Shown in pieces: positions 40,139 through 48,936 of a stretch of 64,000 bases of DNA. This DNA comes from Candidatus Daviesbacteria bacterium (GTDB taxonomy: Bacteria; Patescibacteriota; Microgenomatia; Daviesbacterales; UBA10151): positions 225,595 through 289,594 of the forward strand of contig JACPKP010000009.1 of assembly GCA_016186955.1 (NCBI GenBank), in the 5' to 3' direction. Made by a program: the position numbers and the translations under genes. The stretch's first letter is position 1; every line of letters begins with the position of its first letter. A model generated the notes under the pieces. It saw only the letters and a list, made by a program, of their open reading frames with translations, was not told the origin of the DNA and made no database searches.

Positions 40139-40644
40139 TTTAATTTTAAAACTTGACGTACAATTTCATCAGGTAATTTTTTACCGTCATTTTTAATGAC
40201 CATATCGGGATTTAAAGGTATTTCTGGTTTTATGTCAACCCCTACTACATCTTTAATTTTTCCTGCATGATATTTTTTATATATTTTCTTGAGGTCTCTG
40301 CCAAATAAAACTTTCTTAGGAGCTGTAAGATAAATTTCCTTATAATTTTTAATAAACCTTCTATTCCAATTATGGCAATCATGGAAAAGGGAAATCGTTG
40401 CGCAGACAACATCTAACCCTTGATCTGAAAGCATTTTGCAAATCCTTGAATAAGTTTTAGCTAGTATCCTGCGGTCATTTATAGTGTGACTATGGAGATT
40501 ACCGAAAACCTTTCTCAGCTTATCTCCATCTAAATAAACTACGTTTTTACCGGAAGCCTGCAGTTTTTTATACAGTGCAAATCCAACTGTAGTTTTTCCG
40601 GTTCCGGAGATTCCGGTAATCCACCAAACAACCCCTTTTTTCAT
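40135..40644 (-). CDS. APS-kinase-like cytidine diphosphoramidate 3'-kinase (Cj1415-like)
   Basis: WITGISGTGKTT P-loop; LDGDKLR, TISLF, RDLKKIY and VVGVD motifs; sits in the MeOPN operon with no ATP sulfurylase in the window. Confidence 0.8.
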   Translation of the reverse strand: MKKGVVWWITGISGTGKTTVGFALYKKLQASGKNVVYLDGDKLRKVFGNLHSHTINDRRILAKTYSRICKMLSDQGLDVVCATISLFHDCHNWNRRFIKNYKEIYLTAPKKVLFGRDLKKIYKKYHAGKIKDVVGVDIKPEIPLNPDMVIKNDGKKLPDEIVRQVLKLK

Positions 40645-41987
40645 CAGTTTATAGGTAATAGCTTTACCATAACTTGTTTTTTATTATAAAGATCAAACCA
40701 TGCTTTATAAGCCCAAAAACGGATAGCAAAATAATCCCTAATAATTAGTATTAAAAAGACAATAACCAGTATTGGTGTAAAGATTATAATAAATATAGCC
40801 AAAAGTATTTTTATCGCTACGGGATACTTTTGATAAACAGATATAACTTGTGTTGCCAAACTACTGTCAATGCTTCTTATGATAAACATTACCTTCTTTT
40901 GCGAGAGTTTAATTTGTTTTTGTGTGAAAAAAACAAGACGTTCTTTTAAAAGAGAAAACTCTGTTTTAAAAGGTAAAGCTAATGTTAAAAAAACAAATAG
41001 CTTGAGTAATTTATTTCTATACATATTACTTATTTTATACTCCCAATGCTTATACTTAGGATATGCTAGGCACAGCAGCCGAAATTGGTCAAAGCTGTTT
41101 AAATAACTTATTTTTCTATCAATAGTCTGGATTCCGATGCCGGAAATTCTTGGTGACTCAGGTCTATTCCACCATTTCTTACCGTCAAAAGTACTCTCCA
41201 AAAGATGGTTGTCCCAGGGAAGGTTTAACCATTTGCAGATTGCTCTCAAGGTCTCTTTATTTTTTTGGTGTAAATCTTCTAAACGGACCGCTTTTGAGAA
41301 TTTAGTGTAACTACTAAAAAAGGGTCTGAAACCATAGACATAGCGCTCCTCCTTTTTTCCCCAAAGTTGCATGTAATCACAAAGCATTTGAGAAACAGTG
41401 CATTCTAGAGTATTTACCGGAAGATTATTGAACAGGATGTGTTTAATCCCGGAGTTGATAGATGGGATGGGCGCCCTAACCATGTGCAGGAATTTTGCTT
41501 TGGGAAAATCAGATAAAAGATATTGAGCATGTTTTTTGGGTAGGCTGTGAATAGGAAAGAAGATTACTTTTGGTTGATGAATTTTTCTACCTAAAGCATA
41601 GGCATAAGAGAGGTAGGTAGCAATAAAAAAATTTTTTCTGGATGGATAAATTTTGCCCAAAAGATTTTTTAATAAACCACTAAAATGTTTTTCTTTAATA
41701 CAGACAGATTGATTCATTCTGGGTCCAAGCTGGTTTAGACCATGGCTTTCGGGAGCGCCTTTTTTAGTAAACCAATATTTATGATAGTCGGTAAAAGCAT
41801 TAATTAATTCCTCTGATCTAGAATACCTTTTACCATAACTTTCCCAAAAAGCAAAAAAAGATCTGCTATATAGGGCTGGAGTCATTAAAACTTTTGGGTG
41901 ATTGTCAAACAAGCTATGTAAAAAAAGGGTGCCACTGGAGCCATAGTTTTGGACAGCTACAACTGAGATATTTTTTGGAATTCTCAT
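40644..41987 (-). CDS. Sulfotransferase-fold protein with a C-terminal membrane anchor (candidate phosphoramidate transferase)
   Basis: 5'-PSB-like YGSSGTLFLHSLFDNHP; 3'-PB-like FLHMVRAP...S; VRLEDL...L..IC.WL; hydrophobic C-terminal helices. Confidence 0.7.
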   Translation of the reverse strand: MRIPKNISVVAVQNYGSSGTLFLHSLFDNHPKVLMTPALYSRSFFAFWESYGKRYSRSEELINAFTDYHKYWFTKKGAPESHGLNQLGPRMNQSVCIKEKHFSGLLKNLLGKIYPSRKNFFIATYLSYAYALGRKIHQPKVIFFPIHSLPKKHAQYLLSDFPKAKFLHMVRAPIPSINSGIKHILFNNLPVNTLECTVSQMLCDYMQLWGKKEERYVYGFRPFFSSYTKFSKAVRLEDLHQKNKETLRAICKWLNLPWDNHLLESTFDGKKWWNRPESPRISGIGIQTIDRKISYLNSFDQFRLLCLAYPKYKHWEYKISNMYRNKLLKLFVFLTLALPFKTEFSLLKERLVFFTQKQIKLSQKKVMFIIRSIDSSLATQVISVYQKYPVAIKILLAIFIIIFTPILVIVFLILIIRDYFAIRFWAYKAWFDLYNKKQVMVKLLPIN

Positions 41988-42898
41988 AAAATATTTTTGT
42001 TGTACCAGGTAATAGTTTTTTTGATGCCATCTTCAATCTTTGTTTTTGGAACCCAGTTAAATACTTTTTTACAGTAGGAAGTGTCCATTACTTTATAAGG
42101 TGACCCATCAGGTTTTGAAGTATCGAAAACTAACTTTCCTCTAAAACCAGCAGCAACTTGAATCATCAAGGCAAGTTTTTTTATGGAAATTCCAATTCCT
42201 GAAGAGATATTAATAGGGAAAGGATCTGTACGGGTTTTGATTGATTTGATAAATGCTTCAACAAGGTCATCTACATAGACCCAATCCCTCACCGGTTTAC
42301 CGCTTCCCCAGACGGTAACTTCTTTTAAAGAGTTTTCTTTTGCATCCATAATTTTTCTGATAAGCGCACCCAGGGCATAAGATTTTTCGGGGTCAAAATA
42401 ATCATCGGGCCCGTAAACATTTCCTACAATCAAGTTTGAGTACTGTATTCCAAACTGTCTGTTAAATGCCATGGAATTAATATATGTATGCCTGCTGGTT
42501 GAGCCTATGACTAGGACCGATTCATGCATTGGGCCATTTCCCCAGAACTGTTCTTTCAAGAGACCATTATTTACCGGTGGGTAAGCTGAATTTGATAATA
42601 TATTAATTAATTTTTCAACCCCTGATAGTCTGGCGGATTCCTGAAGATTTAAACTAACTAAAGTGTTATTTATAAATATTTCCCCCGGATGTTTGTTGAC
42701 ATAGGAAATACCTCCGGTATCTATTGCGCAATTTATTATTATTTGAGGTTTTTGTTTTTTAAAGAATATTTTAGCTTGGTTAAGGTTTTTAAAATTAATT
42801 TTACCTGAGGTTATAACATTATAACCTCTGGTTTTTAATATTTTTACAGTTCTTTTGCCAATAAATCCGCCTGCTCCGGCAACGAAGATTCTTTTCAT
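41984..42898 (-). CDS. GDP-L-fucose synthase (Fcl)-like epimerase/reductase
   Basis: GAGGFIG, GGISY...PG, NVYGPDD.F and VWGSGKPVRDW motifs; DTSKPDG. The canonical catalytic residues are divergent. Confidence 0.75.
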   Translation of the reverse strand: MKRIFVAGAGGFIGKRTVKILKTRGYNVITSGKINFKNLNQAKIFFKKQKPQIIINCAIDTGGISYVNKHPGEIFINNTLVSLNLQESARLSGVEKLINILSNSAYPPVNNGLLKEQFWGNGPMHESVLVIGSTSRHTYINSMAFNRQFGIQYSNLIVGNVYGPDDYFDPEKSYALGALIRKIMDAKENSLKEVTVWGSGKPVRDWVYVDDLVEAFIKSIKTRTDPFPINISSGIGISIKKLALMIQVAAGFRGKLVFDTSKPDGSPYKVMDTSYCKKVFNWVPKTKIEDGIKKTITWYNKNIL

Positions 42899-43861
42899 TT
42901 ACAGAATATTTTCCATATACCAACGGATAGTTTTATTAATTCCTTCATCGATACCGATCTTTGGTGCCCAGTGGAATTTTTTTCTGGATTTTGAGATGTT
43001 TATGGAGAGTTTAGTGGGGATTGTAGGTTTTGAAATATCATAAAAGATATTTAATCTTTTTCCTGATATGGCAATAATCTTTTTGACTAAATTTGCAATA
43101 GAAATTGATTTCCCAAGTCCTAAGTTAAAAACATCATAATCATAATCCTGTTTTTTAAGTACTAGTTCAATAAAACTGACCAAGTCTGAAACATATAATA
43201 GATCTCTTTCTTCTTCACCCTTACCCCAAACATTTATTTTATCTCCATCCTTGGCAGTTAACACCTTGGTGATTGTAGCCCCAAATACGTGAGATTTATC
43301 CAAATCATATTTATCATAAGGCCCGTAGATATTACTGTGGCGGATTACAGTAAATTTTGACCTTTTTAACCGAGAATAAAATTCACAAAGTTTTTCTACA
43401 TAAACCTTCATCCATCCGCCGCCAAAATAACTTGTGTACATTGGTACATTAAGATCTAAGTCAGTTTCTTTCACCGGTTTGCCGGTATTTGGTTGGTACA
43501 TTACAGTGCAGCTTAAAAAAATTACCTGGGGGATTGAATGGTCGTATGCTGCCTGCAAGAGCATAGAGTTCATGATTAAATTATTGGTGATATGGATGTA
43601 AGGCCTGGTGATTATGTCTTTTGCACCAGAAGTTACTGCAGCTGCCTGAATTAATACATCAAAGCCTTTGGTAATCCCGGAGACCTGATTTTTATTGGTG
43701 AGATCTGCCTTAATTAATTTCGGATTTTTAGAAAATTTGTTAGTATGGTATGTTCCATATACATCAAGGCCTTTTTTTTTGGATAGTTCCTCGAATAAAT
43801 TCCTGCCAATGAAACCGCTAGCCCCGCAAATTAACACCCGCCTTTTTTTCAAATATGGCAT
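42899..43861 (-). CDS. Fcl-like NAD-dependent epimerase/reductase
   Basis: GASGFIG, QAAAVTSG, SCTVMY, RHSNIYGPYDKYD..KSHV and WGKGEEERD motifs; start moved to ATG 43861. Confidence 0.8.
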   Translation of the reverse strand: MPYLKKRRVLICGASGFIGRNLFEELSKKKGLDVYGTYHTNKFSKNPKLIKADLTNKNQVSGITKGFDVLIQAAAVTSGAKDIITRPYIHITNNLIMNSMLLQAAYDHSIPQVIFLSCTVMYQPNTGKPVKETDLDLNVPMYTSYFGGGWMKVYVEKLCEFYSRLKRSKFTVIRHSNIYGPYDKYDLDKSHVFGATITKVLTAKDGDKINVWGKGEEERDLLYVSDLVSFIELVLKKQDYDYDVFNLGLGKSISIANLVKKIIAISGKRLNIFYDISKPTIPTKLSINISKSRKKFHWAPKIGIDEGINKTIRWYMENIL

Positions 43862-43872
43862 CCTTATTGCAG

Positions 43873-43914
43873 AGTATATAACAAAGAGCAGGCTAAGCCA
43901 AGGACTGATATAAT
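43873..43914. promoter_or_regulatory. Divergent promoter pair
   Basis: Minus-strand TATACT (43878-43873) lies 11 nt before ATG 43861; plus-strand TGaTATAAT (43906-43914) lies 10 nt before ATG 43925. Confidence 0.5.
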
Positions 43915-43924
43915 AGTACCCAAG

Positions 43925-44500
43925 ATGCATAGTTTGATTGTTTTAGCAGGTTTACCAGGCACTGGCAAAACAACGGCAGCAAAATATTTAACCCAAGTCT
44001 TAAACTATAAATATATCGACCAAAATAGTATCAGGAGACAATTTGGTTTTAAAAAAATGCCCAAAACCCAAGATAAAATTTTAAGAACTATTGATCAACA
44101 AATCTTAAAATATTTAACTTTAAAAGAAGGTGTTGTTGTTGATTCAGTCCATAGGTTCTCGTTCAGAAGGCAACAGCTTTATGGTATAGCATCTAGTTGC
44201 GATGCGAACGTTATAATCATAGAAGTTATTTGTCCTCAAGTTTTAGCAAAAGAGAGAATTAGAAAAAGGCCAAAGTCTGACGGTTTATTGTCTGACCCCA
44301 ATCAAATTAGAGTTTATGACAAGCTAAAAAATTTATGGGAAGAGATAGATATTGATTTTAAATATCCAGGCAACAGTCATGTATCTTACATTCAATTTGA
44401 CAGCAGTTTGCCAAAAGTAAATAGAAAATTGATTACTTCAGGTATGAATAAATTAATTAATGGGATAGAAAAAACGCTTTTAAATATTAACCGATGTTAA
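43925..44500 (+). CDS. AAA_33-type P-loop small-molecule/nucleotide kinase
   Basis: GLPGTGKTT Walker A; VVVDS Walker B; lid motif ERIRKR...SD. Confidence 0.75.
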   Translation: MHSLIVLAGLPGTGKTTAAKYLTQVLNYKYIDQNSIRRQFGFKKMPKTQDKILRTIDQQILKYLTLKEGVVVDSVHRFSFRRQQLYGIASSCDANVIIIEVICPQVLAKERIRKRPKSDGLLSDPNQIRVYDKLKNLWEEIDIDFKYPGNSHVSYIQFDSSLPKVNRKLITSGMNKLINGIEKTLLNINRC

Positions 44501-45147
44501 ATATTTTCCGGAAAATAAAAGCAGTAGGTTTTGATTTAGATAGGACACTATATAAAGAGAATCCACAAGTTGCCAATAAGATTAAAGTCAGTTTAGTTAA
44601 TAAAGTCTTAAACAAAAAACCAGAATTGAAGTCATTTAAGGAAGCTGAAGAATTTTATGATAAGTTATATATGGCCATTGGAAGTAATACGCAAACTTTA
44701 AGAAAAATAGGTTTTGTTAATGCAGAACAGATTATGTATGAATGTTTGTCAAATGCCGATATATCAGAATTTTTATCTCATGATGACAGACTTTGTAAGT
44801 TATTCAGTAAACTACAAAAAAAATATTGGCTTTTTTTAATTTCAACTAAACCGTCAGATTTAGCAAAAAAGGCTTTAATTAAATTGGGGCTAAGTCCGGA
44901 TATTTTTAAATTCTGTATTCATGGTGACAATCCTCAAGCCAAAACCAAAACAGATGGTTTAATGTTTAAATACTTGTTAAAACTATCTAAACTGGTTCCC
45001 GGAAAACATGTCTATATAGGAGATAGTTTAAAAGCGGATATATTACCTGCTAAAAACTTGGGGATTTTAACTATCGCTGTGGGGGATATTAACGAGGCAA
45101 ACGCTAAAATTTCCAATATTTATGAAATCGAAAATCTGTTACTTTAA
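44494..45147 (+). CDS. HAD-superfamily hydrolase
   Basis: FDLDRTLY and YIGDSLKADILPAKNLG motifs. Confidence 0.85.
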   Translation: MLNIFRKIKAVGFDLDRTLYKENPQVANKIKVSLVNKVLNKKPELKSFKEAEEFYDKLYMAIGSNTQTLRKIGFVNAEQIMYECLSNADISEFLSHDDRLCKLFSKLQKKYWLFLISTKPSDLAKKALIKLGLSPDIFKFCIHGDNPQAKTKTDGLMFKYLLKLSKLVPGKHVYIGDSLKADILPAKNLGILTIAVGDINEANAKISNIYEIENLLL

Positions 45148-45944
45148 AATATTGACCTGAGTGTTCCACCATCAATACCGATACAGGCGCCGGTAATGAA
45201 TTTTGCATCATCAGAGGCCAAAAATGCAACAGCATTGGCAACATCTTCTTCCTGCCCAAGTGTATTTAAAGGAACCTTTGATTTTTCTTCTTTCTCCATA
45301 ATGCCCGCAGCCTCTTTTATTGCAACTTTTAACTCAGCAGCCCGTTTTTGAACTCTCTCTCTCCAATCCTGGCCGGTAAGCGAACTGGGACAAACAGAGT
45401 TTACTAAAATTCCATCAACTGCGAAAAGATTGGATAAGTGTTTGCTTAAGTTAAGAGAGGCGGCTTTTGAGGCAGAATAATGAGGGTTAAATTTTCCCGG
45501 TTGACGGGCAGGGACAGTTGAAATGTTGATTATTCTGGGGGATTTTGATTTCTGAAGATAGGGAAGCGCTGCTTTGGTGAAATAAACCATTGACATAAAG
45601 TTTAATTCAAAGGAATCGAAGTAGTTTTTGGGTGATAAATCCAAGAAACTTCCGAACTTTTCAACCCCCCCCAAATTATTAACCAAAATATCAAGTTGCC
45701 CAACCTCTTTACCTAAAGCTTTAAAAAGTTTCTTTACTGTCGGAAGTTTTTTCCCGTCAACCTGATAAAAATAAACCTTAACGCCTCTTTTTTGGATTTC
45801 ATCTGCCGTCTTTTTCAGCCTGTTTAAGTTTCTTGCACAAAGAACCACATCTGCGCCTTTTTGTGCAAGCATCAAAGCAATAGTTTTTCCTAAACCGGTG
45901 CTACTGCCTGTTACTAATGCAACTCTTCCTTTAAGGTTATCCAT
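45144..45944 (-). CDS. Classical SDR oxidoreductase
   Basis: TGSSTGLG, VNN.GG, YSASK and ITGA..GIDGG motifs. Confidence 0.9.
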   Translation of the reverse strand: MDNLKGRVALVTGSSTGLGKTIALMLAQKGADVVLCARNLNRLKKTADEIQKRGVKVYFYQVDGKKLPTVKKLFKALGKEVGQLDILVNNLGGVEKFGSFLDLSPKNYFDSFELNFMSMVYFTKAALPYLQKSKSPRIINISTVPARQPGKFNPHYSASKAASLNLSKHLSNLFAVDGILVNSVCPSSLTGQDWRERVQKRAAELKVAIKEAAGIMEKEEKSKVPLNTLGQEEDVANAVAFLASDDAKFITGACIGIDGGTLRSIF

Positions 45945-46876
45945 TAAATGTTTGAGAATTGGTTTCTTTTAATGATTTTATATCCTTTAATAAGTTCAGC
46001 AATGCCTTCTCCTAGGGATATTTTAGCCCTGAAACCTGTTTTTTCAATCTTTTCATTGGATACAATGTAATTTCTTTTATCAGGATCTCTCCCTATTTTA
46101 GCTTCAATAAAATAAAAATCAGGCATTTGTCTTTTAACCTCCTCACAAAGCTCCAATTTGGAGATATTTGCATCAGACATGCCTAAGTTGTAAGGCTCAT
46201 TTTTCATTTTTTCAAAATTGTTTATGCAATGGATAAAACCTTTGGCAATATCCCGGATATGGATAAAATTCCTTTTAAAGTTTGCTTCAAATAAAACAAT
46301 AAATCGGTCGTTTACAGCCCTATACACAAAATCATTTACCAGCAAATCCAATCTCATCCTGGGGCTAATCCCAAAAACTGTTGCCAGGCGGAGAACTATG
46401 GCATTGCCTTTATTTAAGATTGCTTTTTCTGCCGATACCTTGGTTTTTCCGTAAATTGATATAGGTTTAAGGGGTGAGTTTTCTGTGCAATACATCTCTT
46501 TTTTACCGACACCGTAACCGCTGTTGGTATTAGGGTAAATAATTTTCTGCGCTTTTTTTCTTAATTTTAAAATTAATTTTATCGCGTCCAGGTTAATGGA
46601 TTTTGCCTCCGCTGGAAATTTATCGCAGATTGGTGCACCAACTAAAGCTGCGAGGGGAATGATAATATCTTGGTTTTTAATCATTTTATGCATCAGTTTC
46701 TCATTTCTAACATCTCCACGGATAATAGTTAGGTTGGGGTTATTACAACAGTCCAAAAGTGAAGATTGGTTGTACATAAAGTTATCAACAACTGTAACTT
46801 CATGCCCATCATTTAATAGGGTAGGGGTGAGTATTGAACCTATATATCCGGCTCCGCCGGTAACCAATATTTTCAT
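45944..46876 (-). CDS. GDP-D-glycero-alpha-D-manno-heptose C4 dehydrogenase-like extended SDR (Cj1427-like)
   Basis: TGGAGYIGS.LTP.LL, IIPLAALVGAP.C, IYPNTNSGYG, RLATVFGISPRMRLDLLVNDF and DPDKR motifs, matching the Campylobacter Cj1427 family as recalled. Confidence 0.75.
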   Translation of the reverse strand: MKILVTGGAGYIGSILTPTLLNDGHEVTVVDNFMYNQSSLLDCCNNPNLTIIRGDVRNEKLMHKMIKNQDIIIPLAALVGAPICDKFPAEAKSINLDAIKLILKLRKKAQKIIYPNTNSGYGVGKKEMYCTENSPLKPISIYGKTKVSAEKAILNKGNAIVLRLATVFGISPRMRLDLLVNDFVYRAVNDRFIVLFEANFKRNFIHIRDIAKGFIHCINNFEKMKNEPYNLGMSDANISKLELCEEVKRQMPDFYFIEAKIGRDPDKRNYIVSNEKIEKTGFRAKISLGEGIAELIKGYKIIKRNQFSNI

Positions 46877-46932
46877 AGATTATTCGATCAACTGGATTTT
46901 AATATCAAAGGGTTGGGAAAAGCAATAACATG

Positions 46933-47718
46933 CTAAATTCCTAAAAATTGAACCAAGTTGTTATGCAAAATTGGGTTAGAAGCCAGTATTGACTCATCAC
47001 TGATTGTCCATTGTTCATTTCTTAAGTTTGTCACAATTCCCCCTGCTTCCCTGATAATTACCACCGCTGCAGCCATATCCCAAGGTTCCAGGCTGGTTGC
47101 CATATATGCATGCATCTTACCCTCTGCTGTAAGAGCAAGTGGAACAGAGGCACAACCTGAAGAGAAGTTGCAGGTGATGCCATCAGGGCTCAGCAACCTT
47201 TCTAGATATTTTATATCCCCGGTTCTATTTAATTTTCCAAAATCGATTCCCATGAGTGTCCTGTTGAGGTCTATGTTTTGTGCTACCTGTATTGGTTCAT
47301 TGTTTTTGCTTGCGCCACCTTTAGCAAAAGCCACATAAAGATCATTTCTTTTAGGTGCATAGATTACACCCAAAACTGGATTTAATCCTTCCGCAAGGGA
47401 TAAACAGACGCTGAAATGGTCGTTGATGCCGGAGGTATATAGAAGGGTACCATCCAGCGGATCTACTACCCAATTAAGCTTTGATCCCATATCCCGGTCA
47501 ATGTTTTCTTCAGAGAGGATATTATGCGAAGGAAACCGTTTGATTATCGCCTCCCTGATTAAGTTGTCACTTAAATCATCAACCTCAGTTTTAAAATTGG
47601 TACGAAGTTTCCATTCCAGTCTGTGCATTTTTTCGAAATTATCCATTAACAACTCTCCTGCCTTAAGGCTTAAGTCAACAGCAAAATCTTTATATAAAAT
47701 TAACTCAGATTCAGTCAT
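46933..47718 (-). CDS. Inositol monophosphatase (FIG) family phosphatase
   Basis: LSEE, WVVDPLDGT and WDMAA...IIREAGG motifs. Confidence 0.9.
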   Translation of the reverse strand: MTESELILYKDFAVDLSLKAGELLMDNFEKMHRLEWKLRTNFKTEVDDLSDNLIREAIIKRFPSHNILSEENIDRDMGSKLNWVVDPLDGTLLYTSGINDHFSVCLSLAEGLNPVLGVIYAPKRNDLYVAFAKGGASKNNEPIQVAQNIDLNRTLMGIDFGKLNRTGDIKYLERLLSPDGITCNFSSGCASVPLALTAEGKMHAYMATSLEPWDMAAAVVIIREAGGIVTNLRNEQWTISDESILASNPILHNNLVQFLGI

Positions 47719-48871
47719 AGGATTTATTTACAACTTGAGTTATATACAAAATGTCTTTTTTTGTTAAGGATTCATTATTCGGCAGGAAGAATCCACAAGA
47801 GTGAACCTTATCAGAAATTGGATGGTTGAATTTGCCATACCCTTCAAACCAAAAAGGATGCAGGCCTAAATTTCCCGCAGAAAAAAGTCTGGTTTCTATA
47901 TTATTTTTAACCAGTTGGGTGACAATTCTTTTTCTGTGTGCAACATTTTTGGCAATTGCGCCAAAAGAGATACTGCAGGGTTTTGATAAATTATTCCATT
48001 TTTGAAAATCAACTGTTTTTAAATTTTGCGCATATACCATATGGTTCTCCATTCTTACTGTCGAAACCTCATCCGCTTTTTTCATCATCTCCAAACCTAA
48101 AAAAGCATTGAGGTCGGTTGAGCGCAAATTAAACCCCGGAACAAAAAATGTAAAAGGCTTATGGAATTCATCTATCCCGTATTTTTGCATAAATGCGGAT
48201 TCTGTTTCACTGTCCAAATCTTTACCCCAACCATGACTTCTAAGCATTAACAACAGGTCGTAGAGCTTTTTACTATTCGTATTGACCATACCTCCTTCGA
48301 TTGTTGAAAGCTGATGCCCGAAATAAAAGGAAAATGATGACATATCAGAAAATGATCCTACCTTTTTGCCGTCATATTCAGCCCCTAATGCAGCGCAAGC
48401 GTCGTCCAAAAGCAGGAAACCGTATTTTTCCTGCAGGCTTTTGATTTGATAAATGTTACTTGGGATACCCAAAACCTGGATCATTACTACCGCAGCCGGG
48501 TCATGTTTTTTCAGTAACTCTTCCAGGTGACCAACATCCAACCCGAAATTATTTTTATCCGCACCGCACATTATCGGTTCAAAACCGAATTGGATAAATG
48601 GGCTGATGGTGGTAACCCAGCCAACGCTCGGGACAATTACTTTTTTGTTTTTCAAATCCCCGCCCAACAGCGCAGTATATGCCATAAGTAAGTTAGCTGA
48701 TGAGCCGGAATTGCAAAAAACCGCATATTTTGTACCAATCCACTGCGCCCATTGTTTTTCAAATTCAACAGTTAACTCTCCTTTAGTATACTGAACAGTT
48801 TCTTTTAGCCAGCCAATTAAATTTGTGATATCCTGGGGGTTAATAATTTTTTCCGCAAGTTTATATTGCAT
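47711..48871 (-). CDS. ColD-like PLP-dependent GDP-4-keto-6-deoxysugar 3-dehydratase
   Basis: NSGSSANLL; SFYFGHQLSTIEGG with His at the Lys position; RSHGW, PGFNLR, ETR....GN; no Fe-S Cys motif. Start taken at ATG 48871. Confidence 0.75.
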   Translation of the reverse strand: MQYKLAEKIINPQDITNLIGWLKETVQYTKGELTVEFEKQWAQWIGTKYAVFCNSGSSANLLMAYTALLGGDLKNKKVIVPSVGWVTTISPFIQFGFEPIMCGADKNNFGLDVGHLEELLKKHDPAAVVMIQVLGIPSNIYQIKSLQEKYGFLLLDDACAALGAEYDGKKVGSFSDMSSFSFYFGHQLSTIEGGMVNTNSKKLYDLLLMLRSHGWGKDLDSETESAFMQKYGIDEFHKPFTFFVPGFNLRSTDLNAFLGLEMMKKADEVSTVRMENHMVYAQNLKTVDFQKWNNLSKPCSISFGAIAKNVAHRKRIVTQLVKNNIETRLFSAGNLGLHPFWFEGYGKFNHPISDKVHSCGFFLPNNESLTKKDILYITQVVNKSYD

Positions 48872-48873
48872 GC

Positions 48874-48902
48874 TTGACAAACCCGTTAAACATTAATATA
48901 TT
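48874..48902 (+). promoter_or_regulatory. Near-consensus sigma70 promoter
   Basis: TTGACA-N17-TATATT upstream of the + strand ORF (ATG 48937). Confidence 0.6.
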
Positions 48903-48936
48903 TGTTTGTGAAATTCAATAACTAAATATATTGAGC

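Noticed and set aside
40135-41987. Reading these genes as a sulfation module (cysC + sulfotransferase)
   Set aside because: There is no ATP sulfurylase in the window and the kinase is coupled to Cj1416-1419-like genes, so phosphoramidate chemistry is more parsimonious. Sulfation is not formally excluded.
5639-43780. Poly-A/T runs of 8-9 nt (for example 5639-5647, 39172-39180, 43772-43780)
   Set aside because: Expected from AT-rich, Lys/Phe-rich coding sequence; the reading frames are intact.
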